Origin: Alphaproteobacteria bacterium
Lineage (GTDB): Bacteria; Pseudomonadota; Alphaproteobacteria; Kiloniellales; DSM-21159
Assembly: GCA_030433005.1 (NCBI GenBank)
Contig: JAUILQ010000008.1
Location: forward strand, 17,106-81,105
Direction of reading: 5' to 3'
Length of the DNA: 64,000 nucleotides
This document shows, piece by piece, positions 27,085-36,951 of the stretch; the stretch's first letter is position 1, and every line of letters starts with the position of its first letter. The notes under the pieces were generated by a model. It saw nothing but the letters and a program-made list of their open reading frames with translations, ran no database searches and was not told where the DNA came from. The position numbers and the translations under genes were made by a program.

Positions 27085-28011
27085 GTGCAGGACCAGCTGG
27101 CCGCCATGGCGGTGTTCGCGGAGGTCGTCGAGGCCGGCAGCTTCTCCGGCGCCGGGCGTGCGCTCGGCGTCTCGAAGTCGGCGGTCTCGAAGGCGGTGGC
27201 GCGGCTCGAGGACCATCTCGGCACGCGCCTGATCAACCGCACCACCCGCAAGCTGTCGCTGACCGAGGCGGGGCGCTCCTTCTACGAGGGCTGCCGGCGC
27301 ATGCTCGCCGAGGCCGAGGCGGCGGAGCGCGCGGTCACCCACCTGACCGACGCGCCGCGCGGCGTGCTCAGGGTCAACGCGCCGATGTCCTTCGGCGTGC
27401 GCCATCTCTCGGCCTGCCTGGGCGCCTTCATGGAGCGCTGGCCCGAGCTGGAGATCGACCTGACGCTGGAGGACCGGCGCGCCGACCTGATCGCCGAAGG
27501 CTACGACGTCGCGGTGCGCATCGGCGTGATGCCGGATTCCAGCCTGATCGCCAAGCGCCTGGGGCCGAACCCGCGGATCATCTGCGCCGCCCCCGCCTAC
27601 CTCGAGCGGCGCGGCGTGCCGCAGCGGCCCGAGGCGCTGAGCGAGCACGACTGCCTGCTCTACCACTACCAGACCTCGGGGGACTCCTGGCGCCTGCGCG
27701 CGCGCGGCGGCGAGGGCCCGGGGACCGGCGTGCGCGTGCGCGGCCGGCTCAAGGTCAACAACGGCGACAGCATCCGGGAAGCGGCGCTGTCCGGGCTCGG
27801 CATCGCCGCCCTGCCGGCCTTCATCGTGCGCGACGACATCGAGAGCGGGCGACTGGTGCCGCTGCTCACGGACTACGACGACGTCACCGACGGCGGCGTC
27901 TATGCGGTCTACCCGGCGAGCCGCAACCTGACGCCGAAGGTGCGCGTGTTCATCGACTTCCTGCTCGAGCACTTCACCCGGCACCCCTATTGGCGGGACG
28001 GCGCGGTGTAA
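27085..28011 (+). CDS. LysR-family transcriptional regulator
   Basis: HTH region MAVFAEVVEAGSFSGAGRALGVSKSAVSKAVARLEDHLGTRLINRTTRKLSLTEAG followed by a LysR substrate-binding domain. Confidence 0.92.
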   Translation: MQDQLAAMAVFAEVVEAGSFSGAGRALGVSKSAVSKAVARLEDHLGTRLINRTTRKLSLTEAGRSFYEGCRRMLAEAEAAERAVTHLTDAPRGVLRVNAPMSFGVRHLSACLGAFMERWPELEIDLTLEDRRADLIAEGYDVAVRIGVMPDSSLIAKRLGPNPRIICAAPAYLERRGVPQRPEALSEHDCLLYHYQTSGDSWRLRARGGEGPGTGVRVRGRLKVNNGDSIREAALSGLGIAALPAFIVRDDIESGRLVPLLTDYDDVTDGGVYAVYPASRNLTPKVRVFIDFLLEHFTRHPYWRDGAV

Positions 28012-28095
28012 GGCTTTGCCGTCGCCCTGGCGCGAGTGGTATAAATCTTCGGCAATTCTTGGATTGCGCAAGCTGCCGAGCCAGGGGGACCGTCG

Positions 28096-29925
28096 ATGGC
28101 CTTAGCCGCCGAGCCAGCAGCACCGGACCAGGAAGCGACCGCGAAGTCGGCCGCGACCCGCACCTTCCGTGTGGTCCTGATCAAGCCCTCGCACTACGAC
28201 GACGACGGCTACGTCATCCAGTGGTGGAAGGCCTGGATCCCCTCGAACTCCCTGGCCTCGCTCTACGCCCTGGCCCAGGATCTGGGCGCGCGGCGGGCGC
28301 TCGGCGACGACGTCGAGGTCGTCATCGAGGCCTACGACGAGATGAACACGGTGCTGCCGATCGCGAAGATCGCGGAGCGCCTGCTCGCCGAGGGCAACAT
28401 CGGCCTGGTCTGCCTGACCGGCGTGCAGTCCAACCAGTTCCCGCGGGCCCTCGACATCGCCCGGCGCTTCCGGGAGCGCGGCGTCCAGGTCGCGGTCGGC
28501 GGCTTCCACGTCTCCGGCTGCCTGTCGATGCTGCCCGAGCCGCCGGACGACCTGAAGGAGGCCATGGCGCTCGGCGTCTCGATCTTCGCCGGCGAGGCCG
28601 AGCACCGCCTGGACGAGGTCTTCGCCGACGCCCTGAAGCGCGACCTCAAGCCGGTCTACAACTACCTCTCCGACCTGCCCGGCCTGCAGCAGGCGATCAC
28701 GCCCTTCCTGCCGGCCGAGCTGGTGCAGAAGTACGACGGCGTGATCTCCTCCTTCGACGCCGGGCGCGGCTGCCCCTTCCAGTGCTCCTTCTGCACGATC
28801 ATCAACGTCCAGGGCCGCAAGTCGCGCTGGCGCGACGCCGACGACATCGAGCGGCTGGTCCGCCAGAACCGCGAGCAGGGCATCTGGCGCTTCTTCATCA
28901 CCGACGACAACTTCGCCCGGAACAAGAACTGGGAGGCGATCTTCGACCGCCTGATCGAGCTGAAGGAGCGGGAGGGGCTGGAAGTCCGCTTCCTGATCCA
29001 GGTCGACACGCTCTGCCACAAGTCGCCGGGCTTCGTGGAGAAGGCGGCCAGGGCCGGCTGCACCCACGTCTTCATCGGACTGGAGAACATCAATCCGGAC
29101 AATCTGGTCGCGATGAAGAAGAACCAGAACCGGATCACCGAGTACCGGCGCATGTTCCAGATGTGGAAGGAGGCCGGCGTCATCACCTACGCCGGCTACA
29201 TCCTGGGCCTGCCCGGCGACACCCCGGAGACCATCCGGCGCGACATCGAGATCGTCCAGCGCGAGATCCCGGTCGACCTGCTCGAGTTCACCATCCTGAC
29301 GCCGCTGCCCGGCTCCGAGGACCACCAGCGCCTGTCCCGCGAGGGCATCTGGATGGACCCGGACATGAACAAGTACGACCTGGAGCACGTCACCACCGAG
29401 CATCCGAAGATGTCGAAGGAGGTCTGGCAGCGGACCTACCGGGACGTCTGGCGCTGGTACTACACCGACGAGCACGTCGCGCGCATGATGCGGCGCAACG
29501 TGCGCTACGGCATCAAGCCGGTGCGCATCTGGCACGGCGTGCTGCAGATCTACTGCGCCATGCGCTACGAGGGCGTGCATCCGCAGCAGTGCGGCTACTT
29601 CCGCCACAAGGTCCGGCGCGAGCGCCGCTCCGGCCTGCCGCGCGAGTCGGTCCTGGCCTTCTATCCCAAGCGGGCCTGGGAGATTCTCTCGACCTACGGC
29701 GGCATGGGCCTCTACCTCTGGCGCATCCATCGCATCCGCAAGCGCATCCAGAAGGACCCGGCGAGCCGGAGCTACACGGACCTCGCGATCACCCACGTCG
29801 AGGACGCCGAGGGCGAGGCGCTCGAGATGTTCGAGCTCAACGACTCCTCGCGGGCCGCGGTCGAGAAGGCCCGGCGCAGCGCCGCCGGCCGCAAGCAGAA
29901 GGTGCCGGCGACCGCGGCGGAGTAG
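28096..29925 (+). CDS. B12-binding-domain radical SAM protein (about 610 aa, unknown substrate)
   Basis: N-terminal cobalamin-binding-like domain (RVVLIKPSHYDDDGYVIQWW ... CLTGVQSNQ). CxxxCxxC cluster GRGCPFQCSFC encoded at 28771-28794. Long conserved C-terminal extension. Confidence 0.85.
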   Translation: MALAAEPAAPDQEATAKSAATRTFRVVLIKPSHYDDDGYVIQWWKAWIPSNSLASLYALAQDLGARRALGDDVEVVIEAYDEMNTVLPIAKIAERLLAEGNIGLVCLTGVQSNQFPRALDIARRFRERGVQVAVGGFHVSGCLSMLPEPPDDLKEAMALGVSIFAGEAEHRLDEVFADALKRDLKPVYNYLSDLPGLQQAITPFLPAELVQKYDGVISSFDAGRGCPFQCSFCTIINVQGRKSRWRDADDIERLVRQNREQGIWRFFITDDNFARNKNWEAIFDRLIELKEREGLEVRFLIQVDTLCHKSPGFVEKAARAGCTHVFIGLENINPDNLVAMKKNQNRITEYRRMFQMWKEAGVITYAGYILGLPGDTPETIRRDIEIVQREIPVDLLEFTILTPLPGSEDHQRLSREGIWMDPDMNKYDLEHVTTEHPKMSKEVWQRTYRDVWRWYYTDEHVARMMRRNVRYGIKPVRIWHGVLQIYCAMRYEGVHPQQCGYFRHKVRRERRSGLPRESVLAFYPKRAWEILSTYGGMGLYLWRIHRIRKRIQKDPASRSYTDLAITHVEDAEGEALEMFELNDSSRAAVEKARRSAAGRKQKVPATAAE

Positions 29926-30030
29926 TCGGCGCGCCGCGGCCGCGCCGGCCGCCTTGAGGCACCGCAAGGCGGGTCCTGCGGCGGACGCTAGTCTAAGGCG
30001 TTCCCCCCGGGCGACCGGCAGATAGCGGGC

Positions 30031-32715
30031 ATGACGAAGATGGAAGGCTCGACCCTCGGCGGCGAGCGGCACTGGCACGCCCTGAGCCCCGAGGAGGCCG
30101 CGGATGCGCTCGACTGCGGCCTGGAAGGGCTGGGCACGGCCGCCGCCGAATCCCGGCTCGCCGAAGCCGGCCCGAACCGCCTGCCCGAGGCGCGCGGCCC
30201 GGGCGTGGCGCGCATCCTGCTGCGCCAGTTCGCCAGCCCGCTGATCTACCTGCTGCTCGCCGCCGCCGCGATCTCGCTGCTGATCGGCGAGCTCGACGAT
30301 GCGCTCTTCATCCTCGCGGTGCTGCTGCTCAACGCCGTGATCGGCGCCTATCAGGAGTACCGCTCGGAGCAGGGCGCCGCGGCCCTTCGCCACCTCGTGG
30401 CGGTGCAGGCGCGGGTGCTGCGCGACGGGCGGGCGGCGTCGATCCCGGCCGACCGGCTGGTGCCAGGCGACCTCGTGCTGCTGGAGTCGGGCATGGCGGT
30501 GCCGGCCGACCTGCGCTTGGTCGAGGCGCAGGGCCTCAGCCTCGACGAGTCCCTGCTGACCGGCGAATCCGAGACCGTCGAGAAGAGCAGCGGCCCGCGC
30601 TGCGCCGCCGACGCGCCGCTCGCCGAGCGCTACACCCTGGCGCACGCCGGCACCCAGGTCGCCGGCGGCCGCGGCCGCGGCCTGGTGGTGGCGACCGGAG
30701 CGGCGACCGCGGTCGGCAGCATCGCCAGCGCGCTCGCCCGCGAGGATTCGCCGCCGCCGCTGGTGCTGCGCCTCGAGCGCTTCACCCGCCAGCTGAGCTG
30801 GCTCGCCATCCTCGGCATGGTCGGCTTCGGCGCCCTGCTGCTGGCGCGCGGCGAGGCCTGGCAGGAGGTCTTCCTGGTCGTCGTCGCCCTGGCCGTGGCG
30901 GCGATTCCCGAGGGCCTGCCCGTGGCGGTCACGGTCGCGCTGTCGATCGGCCGGGCGCGCATGGCCCGGCGCAACGTCATCGTGCGCTCGCTGCCGGCGG
31001 TCGAGGGCCTGGGTGCCTGCACGCTGATCGCCTCGGACAAGACCGGGACCCTGACCCAGAACAGCCTGGCGGTCGCCCGGCTGGTGCTGCCGGACGGCAG
31101 CCGCCTGTCGGTGACCGGCGAGGGCTACGCGCCGGAAGGCGAGGTCGCGCACGGCGACGCGCCGCCGGATGCCGCGCGCGAGGCGGCGGCGCGCGGCCTT
31201 GCGCGCACCGCGGCCGCGACCTGCGAGGCCAGCCTGCACCACGACGGCGAGGCCTGGCGGCACTTCGGCGACACGGTCGACGTCGCCTTCCTCGCGCTGG
31301 CCGGCAAGCTCGGGCTCGACTGGCAGGCTGAGCAGGCCCCGCCCGGCCGCCTGGGCGCCATCCCCTACGAGCCGCAGCGCCGCTACGCCGCCGTCTGCGA
31401 CCAAGCGGCCGAGTCTGGGGGCGGGCATTGCCGGATCGCGGTCAAGGGCGCGGCGGAGACGGTCTTTGCGATGTGCCGGGAGGTGCCGGCCGCGCTGCGC
31501 CACGAGGCCGAGCGACTGGCCGGCGAGGGCTACCGGGTGATCGCCGTCGCCGGGGCCGAGCGCGCCCGCCCGGACGCGCCGGGCCTGCCCGCCCATGCCC
31601 TGGACGGGCTGGAGATCCTCGGTCTCGCCGGGCTGATCGACCCGGTGCGCCCGGAGGTGCCGGCCGCGCTCGAGGCCTGCCGGCGGGCCGGCGTCGAGGT
31701 GCGCATGCTGACCGGCGACCATCCCGAGACGGCGCTGGCGATCGCGCGCCAGCTGGGTCTTGCCGAAGCCGGGGACCGCGCCGTCACCGGCCAGCAGCTG
31801 GCGGCGGCAGAGGAGGATCCCGAGGCGATGCGCGCGCTGGTCGCTGCGGCCCCGGTCTTCGCCCGGGTCGAGCCGCTGCAGAAGCTGCGCCTGGTCGAGG
31901 CCCTGCAGGAGGCCGGCCACTTCGTCGCGGTCACCGGCGACGGCGTCAACGACGCGCCGGCGCTGCGCCGGGCCAACATCGGCGTCGCCATGGGGCGCTC
32001 GGGAACCGACGTCGCGCGCGGCGCGGCCGACCTGATCCTGACCGACGACAACTTCGCCTCGATCGTCGGCGGCGTCGAGGAGGGCCGGCGCGCCTACGCC
32101 AACGTGCGCAAGGTGATCCTCTTCCTGATCTCCATGGGGTTCGGCGAGATCCTGCTGTTCGCGCTGTCGATCGCCTTCGCGCTGCCGATCCCGCTGTTCG
32201 CGGTGCAGCTGCTGTGGCTCAACCTGGTGACCAACGGCATCCAGGACGTCGCCCTGGCCTTCGAGCGCGGCGAGGCCGGGGCCCTCGACCGGCCGCCGCG
32301 GCCGCCCAGCGAGGCGCTGTTCGACCGGCGCATGGTCCGCTCGACCCTGCTCTACGGCGGCCTCGTGGGCCTGTTCGGTTTCGGCTTCTTCTGGCTGGCG
32401 CTGCGGGCCGGCGTGCCCGAGGCGGAGGCGCGCAGCGCGCTGCTGCTCGCCCTGGTGCTGTTCGGCAACGGCCTGGCGCTGGCCTGCCGCTCGGAGCGGC
32501 GCTCGCTGGTCAGGGTCTCGCTGGCCGACAATCCGCTGCTGGTCGGCTCGGTCGCCGCGGCCCTGCTGCTGCACCTGGCCGCGATGCAGCTGCCCGGCTT
32601 CTCGGCGCTGCTCTCGGCGATGCCGCTGCCGCCGGCGCTGTGGCTGCCCGGCCTCGCCCTGGCCCTGCTCCTGCTGCTCGCCAGCGAGGCGGCGAAGGGG
32701 CTGGCGCGGCGGTAG
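30031..32715 (+). CDS. Cation-transporting P-type ATPase (type II-like, Ca2+/Mg2+-type architecture)
   Basis: N-terminal cation-ATPase domain. TGES, phosphorylation site IASDKTGTLT, MLTGDH, hinge VTGDGVNDAPAL. 894 aa. Confidence 0.92.
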   Translation: MTKMEGSTLGGERHWHALSPEEAADALDCGLEGLGTAAAESRLAEAGPNRLPEARGPGVARILLRQFASPLIYLLLAAAAISLLIGELDDALFILAVLLLNAVIGAYQEYRSEQGAAALRHLVAVQARVLRDGRAASIPADRLVPGDLVLLESGMAVPADLRLVEAQGLSLDESLLTGESETVEKSSGPRCAADAPLAERYTLAHAGTQVAGGRGRGLVVATGAATAVGSIASALAREDSPPPLVLRLERFTRQLSWLAILGMVGFGALLLARGEAWQEVFLVVVALAVAAIPEGLPVAVTVALSIGRARMARRNVIVRSLPAVEGLGACTLIASDKTGTLTQNSLAVARLVLPDGSRLSVTGEGYAPEGEVAHGDAPPDAAREAAARGLARTAAATCEASLHHDGEAWRHFGDTVDVAFLALAGKLGLDWQAEQAPPGRLGAIPYEPQRRYAAVCDQAAESGGGHCRIAVKGAAETVFAMCREVPAALRHEAERLAGEGYRVIAVAGAERARPDAPGLPAHALDGLEILGLAGLIDPVRPEVPAALEACRRAGVEVRMLTGDHPETALAIARQLGLAEAGDRAVTGQQLAAAEEDPEAMRALVAAAPVFARVEPLQKLRLVEALQEAGHFVAVTGDGVNDAPALRRANIGVAMGRSGTDVARGAADLILTDDNFASIVGGVEEGRRAYANVRKVILFLISMGFGEILLFALSIAFALPIPLFAVQLLWLNLVTNGIQDVALAFERGEAGALDRPPRPPSEALFDRRMVRSTLLYGGLVGLFGFGFFWLALRAGVPEAEARSALLLALVLFGNGLALACRSERRSLVRVSLADNPLLVGSVAAALLLHLAAMQLPGFSALLSAMPLPPALWLPGLALALLLLLASEAAKGLARR

Positions 32716-32742
32716 TCGAAGGGCGGGGCAGCGCGAAACCCG

Positions 32743-34164
32743 CTAGTTGCGCCCGTAGTGGTCCTCGAAGCGCACGATGTCGTCCTCGCCCAGGTAGGCG
32801 CCGGACTGCACCTCGATCATCTCCAGCTGCACCCGCCCGGGGTTCGTCAGGCGGTGGCGCTGGCCGAGCGGGATGAAGGTGCTCTCGTTCTCGGCGAGCA
32901 GGAAGGTCTCGTTCTCGCGGTGCACCTCGGCGGTGCCGCTGACCACGACCCAGTGCTCGGCGCGGTGATGGTGCATCTGCATCGAGAGGCTGGCGCCGGG
33001 ATTGACCGAGATGCGCTTGACCTGGAAGCGCCGGCCCATGTCCAGGGTCTGGAACCAGCCCCAGGGGCGGTGCCACTTGCTGCCCTGGGTCGCCTCGGAG
33101 AAGTCCTCCTCCTTCAGCTTCTCGACCAGCGTCTTGACGTCCTGGGCGCGGGCGCGGTCGGCGACCAGCACGGCGTCGTCGGTCTCGACCACCAGCACGT
33201 TGTCGAGCCCGAGCACCGAGACCAGGCGGCCGTTCGAGCGGACGTGGCAGTTGTGCGCGTCGACCGTCGCGGTGCGCCCGACCAGGGCGTTGCCGTCGGC
33301 GTCGGTCTCGGTGACCTCGTAGAGCGCCTCGAAGCCGCCGAGGTCGGACCAGCCCATCTCGACGGCGACCGTGCCGACCGCCTCGACGCGCTCGACCAGC
33401 GCGTAGTCGATGGAGATCGACTTGGCCTGGCCGAAGGACTCCGGGTCCAGGCGGCAGAAGTCGATGTCGCTCTCGGCCTTCTCCAGCGCCGCGCGGCAGT
33501 GCGCGACCAGCTCCGGCTCCAGGCGCTCCAGCTCGGCGACGACGCGGCCGGCGGGCAGCACGAAGATGCCGGCGTTCCAGAGGTGGCGGCCGTCGGCGAA
33601 CATCGCCTCGGCGGTCGCCGCGTCCGGCTTCTCCTTGAAGCGGGCGACCTCGAAGCCGCCGCTGAGGCCGTCGAGCGCGCCGCCCTTCTCGATCCAGCCG
33701 TAGCCGGTCTCCGGCCGGTCGGGGGTGATGCCGAGCGTCATGATGCGGCCCGAGGCGGCCGCCTCGCTGGCCGTCGCCACCGCGGCATGGAAGGCCTTGG
33801 TGTCGCGGATCAGGTGGTCGGAGGGCAGCACCAGCATGACCGCCTCGGGATCCTCGGCGAGCAGGTCGAGGGCGGCGCAGGCGATCGCCGGGGCGGTGTT
33901 GCGCCCGACCGCCTCGAGCAGGATGGCGCGCGGCGCGACCCCGGCCAGCCGCGCCTGCTCGGCGACCGCGAAGCGGTGCTCGGCGTTGACCACCAGGGTC
34001 GGCGCCTGGAAGGCCTTGGGCGCCGAGACGCGACGCAGCGTCGCCTCCAGCAGGGTCTGCTCGCCGACCAGCGGCAGCAGCTGCTTGGGGTTCGACTGCC
34101 GGGACAGCGGCCAGAGGCGGCTGCCCGAGCCGCCCGAAAGAATCACCGGATAGAGCCGCTGCAT
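32743..34164 (-). CDS. manC: Bifunctional mannose-1-phosphate guanylyltransferase / mannose-6-phosphate isomerase (ManC/XanB/AlgA type)
   Basis: YPVILSGGSGSRLWPLSR N-terminus. C-terminal cupin with VKRISVNPGASLSMQMHHHRAEHWVVVSG. Start ATG 34164. Confidence 0.92.
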   Translation of the reverse strand: MQRLYPVILSGGSGSRLWPLSRQSNPKQLLPLVGEQTLLEATLRRVSAPKAFQAPTLVVNAEHRFAVAEQARLAGVAPRAILLEAVGRNTAPAIACAALDLLAEDPEAVMLVLPSDHLIRDTKAFHAAVATASEAAASGRIMTLGITPDRPETGYGWIEKGGALDGLSGGFEVARFKEKPDAATAEAMFADGRHLWNAGIFVLPAGRVVAELERLEPELVAHCRAALEKAESDIDFCRLDPESFGQAKSISIDYALVERVEAVGTVAVEMGWSDLGGFEALYEVTETDADGNALVGRTATVDAHNCHVRSNGRLVSVLGLDNVLVVETDDAVLVADRARAQDVKTLVEKLKEEDFSEATQGSKWHRPWGWFQTLDMGRRFQVKRISVNPGASLSMQMHHHRAEHWVVVSGTAEVHRENETFLLAENESTFIPLGQRHRLTNPGRVQLEMIEVQSGAYLGEDDIVRFEDHYGRN

Positions 34165-34397
34165 GACCTCGGTCCTTGCCCCTTGTTGCATCGCACGGAG
34201 TACCTGCGCGAATCCTTCGCAGACTGACGGCGGGCCCCGAGAAGTCAAGGGTTTCGGCCGGCAGGGACGGCGCGCGGGCCGCCCTGTTCCGGCGCCGCAC
34301 AGGTGGTATGCCGCTCCGCCGTCGGCCCGGCGCTTGTCCGCCGGCCCCGGCCGTCGTATCGGAGGCGTCCCAGCGTCCGCCCGCGAGGAGCGAAGCC

Positions 34398-35630
34398 ATG
34401 GCCACCATCGTCGAACCGCGCCCCGCCGGCGGCTGGCGCACGCCGCTGGTCGTCATCGTCGCCGGCTGCCTGATCGCCATGGTCGGCTTCGGCGTGCGCT
34501 CGGTCTTCGGCCTGTTCCTGGAGCCGATGACCGAGGCCCAGGGCTGGAGCCGCGAGACCTTCGGCCTGGCGCTGGCGATCCAGAACCTGCTGTGGGGCAT
34601 CGGCGTGCCGATCGCCGGGGCGCTCGCCGACCGCTACGGCTCGCCGCGCGTGCTGGCCGCCGGCGCCGTCGTCTACGCGCTCGGCGTCTGGGGCATGGCG
34701 AGCTCGGATTCGGCGAGCCTGCTGCACCTGACCGCCGGCGTGCTGACCGGAGTCGGCGTGGCCTTCACGGCCTTCTCGCTCGCCATGGCCGCGATGGCCA
34801 AGGCGGTCGGCCCGGAGCGGCGCTCGCTCGCGCTCGGCCTGGGCACGGCCGCCGGCTCCTTCGGCCAGGTCGTGTTCTCGCCGCTCGGCCAGACCTTCAT
34901 CAGCAGCTACGGCTGGCATGACGCCCTGCTGCTGCTCGCCGCCAGCACGCTGGTCATCATCCCGCTCGCCTTCATCCTGCCCAAGGCGACCACGGCGAGC
35001 GGCGAGCCGCAGTTCGAGCAGAGCCTCGGCCAGGCGCTGCGCGAGGCCGCCGGCCACCGCGGCTTCCTGCTGCTGACCCTCGGCTTCTTCGTCTGCGGCT
35101 TTCACGTCGCCTTCATCACCGTGCACTTCCCGGCCTACATCAAGGACCTCGGCCTCGGCGGCTCGGTCGCGGCGGTGGCGCTGGCGCTGATCGGCGCCTT
35201 CAACATCGTCGGCTCCTTCGGCTCGGGCGCCTTCGGCCAGCGCTGGAGCAAGAAGTGCGGCCTGTCCGGCATCTACTTTCTGCGCGCCATCGCGATCACC
35301 GGCCTGATGCTGGCACCCAAGACCGACTGGACGATCTACCTCTTCTCGGCCTCGATGGGCCTGCTCTGGCTGTCGACCGTGCCGCTGACCACCGGCATCG
35401 TCGGCCAGGTCTTCGGCGTGCGCTACATGGCGACGCTGTTCGGCGTGGTCTTCTTCAGCCACCAGCTCGGCAGCTTCTCGGGCGTCTGGCTCGGCGGCTA
35501 TCTCTACGACACGACCGGCAGCTACGACCCGGTCTGGTGGGCCGGCGTCGCCTTCGGCCTGCTGGCCGCCGTGGTGCACCTGCCGATCGACGAGAAGCCG
35601 CTGCCGCGCCTCGCCGGCGCCAGGTCGTAG
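34398..35630 (+). CDS. MFS transporter
   Basis: 12-TM layout with an MFS loop motif (GALADRYGSPRV). Start ATG 34398. Confidence 0.85.
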   Translation: MATIVEPRPAGGWRTPLVVIVAGCLIAMVGFGVRSVFGLFLEPMTEAQGWSRETFGLALAIQNLLWGIGVPIAGALADRYGSPRVLAAGAVVYALGVWGMASSDSASLLHLTAGVLTGVGVAFTAFSLAMAAMAKAVGPERRSLALGLGTAAGSFGQVVFSPLGQTFISSYGWHDALLLLAASTLVIIPLAFILPKATTASGEPQFEQSLGQALREAAGHRGFLLLTLGFFVCGFHVAFITVHFPAYIKDLGLGGSVAAVALALIGAFNIVGSFGSGAFGQRWSKKCGLSGIYFLRAIAITGLMLAPKTDWTIYLFSASMGLLWLSTVPLTTGIVGQVFGVRYMATLFGVVFFSHQLGSFSGVWLGGYLYDTTGSYDPVWWAGVAFGLLAAVVHLPIDEKPLPRLAGARS

Positions 35631-35825
35631 GACGGAGGCCGGCGCCAACCATCGGACGACCGAGGTGCCGGCGATTCCCGCCTGAGTATACCGTTCCTGC
35701 GGATTGCTCTATACTCGCGCGAATGGCGGAAACGGCGCGGTCGAGGCTGGAACGCGGACCGGGGCCCTGGGCCTCGCAGCGCTCGTCGTCCGTTCCCGCA
35801 GTGCGGCGCGCGCCGGCCTGAGGCC

Positions 35826-36434
35826 ATGCGCCCGCTGCCGCCACGCCTGCTGGACTGGCTGTCACACTGGTCGTCGCTGCGCGGCGAACGGCGGGTGCCG
35901 TTGCGCGCGGCCTTCGATCCCACCGCCGTGCCGGCCCTGCTGCCGCACATTCACCTGCTCTGCTGGGAGACGCCGCAGCGGCTGGTGTTCCGGCTCAACG
36001 GCACGGCCGAGGAGCAGCGCCTCGGGCGCTCCCTGGTCGGCGTCGACTACCTGGAGGTGCTGCAGGGCGCGGCGGCGGAGACCATCCGCCAGCACCTCTT
36101 CGAGTGGAGCCTGTGGCCGAGCGGCGTGCTGATCGACGCCGACGAGGTGCGCGCCGACGGCCGCATGCACCAGACGGTGGCGCTCAGCCTGCCGCTGGTC
36201 TCGGAGGGCGGCGGATCCTTCATGATGACCGTCGTCGAGGCCGACCCGGACCCGGCCTTCCTGCCGCAGTGGGGCGACGGCGCCGGCTGGCGCGACCAGA
36301 TCGTCGGCCTGACGCTGCTCGACCTCGGCCAGGGGCTGCCGGCGAGCTGGCGGCGCGCGGCACCCGACGGCCGGCTCGGCCGCCTGCGCACCGACCCGGC
36401 CGTGGCCCCCGCCGCCGACCGGGGGAGGGATTAA
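35826..36434 (+). CDS. PAS-like domain protein (DUF1457/PAS_5 type common in alphaproteobacteria)
   Basis: LLDWLSHWSSLRGERRVPLRAAFDPTAVPALLPHIHLL ... FRLNGTAEEQRLG matches the pattern of that family as I remember it. Not verified by search. Confidence 0.6.
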   Translation: MRPLPPRLLDWLSHWSSLRGERRVPLRAAFDPTAVPALLPHIHLLCWETPQRLVFRLNGTAEEQRLGRSLVGVDYLEVLQGAAAETIRQHLFEWSLWPSGVLIDADEVRADGRMHQTVALSLPLVSEGGGSFMMTVVEADPDPAFLPQWGDGAGWRDQIVGLTLLDLGQGLPASWRRAAPDGRLGRLRTDPAVAPAADRGRD

Positions 36435-36499
36435 GCTCGACGGTGCGGCACCGCGCGCCGATGCTGGGCCGTTCCACAGCAGAGGAGCGACGAGACGTC

Positions 36500-36880
36500 A
36501 TGACCGACGACTTCGCTGGCGTGCGCGAGACGCTGCAGCGCTACTTCGACGGGCTCTACAACAGCGACGCCGAGGGCCTGGCGCGGGTCTTCCACCCGCA
36601 GGCGCGCTATGTCTGCGCGACAGAGGACGAGCTGGTGAACCTCGGCATGGAGGAGTACCTGCCGATCGTCGCCGCACGCGAGTCGCCGGCGACCCGCGGC
36701 GAGCCGCGCCGCGACCGGGTGGTCTCGATCGAGTTCGCCGGGCCGAAGACGGCCTTCGCCCGGGTCCACTGCGCGATCGGGCCGAAGCGCTTCACCGACC
36801 TGCTGACCCTGATCCGCGACGGCGGCGACTGGCGGGTGATCTCCAAGGTCTTCCACTTCGACCTGGAAACGGCCGGCTAG
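36500..36880 (+). CDS. NTF2-like (SnoaL / putative lumazine-binding) small protein
   Basis: 126 aa. LQRYFDGLYNSDAEGLARVFHPQARY ... DGGDWRVISKVFH fits a cone-shaped NTF2 fold pattern. Confidence 0.65.
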   Translation: MTDDFAGVRETLQRYFDGLYNSDAEGLARVFHPQARYVCATEDELVNLGMEEYLPIVAARESPATRGEPRRDRVVSIEFAGPKTAFARVHCAIGPKRFTDLLTLIRDGGDWRVISKVFHFDLETAG

Positions 36881-36951
36881 GCCCGTCCGCATCCTGTGTC
36901 CGCGCTGCGCCCGGGTGTAGACTGGCGCGGCGGGAACACTCCGACGGGGAG

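Noticed and set aside
28102-32574. 1490-codon minus-strand ORF
   Set aside because: It is antisense to the radical SAM and P-type ATPase genes, both of which have unambiguous motifs on the plus strand. Its composition (Arg/Gly/Ala/Pro/Asp) is typical of GC-driven shadow ORFs.
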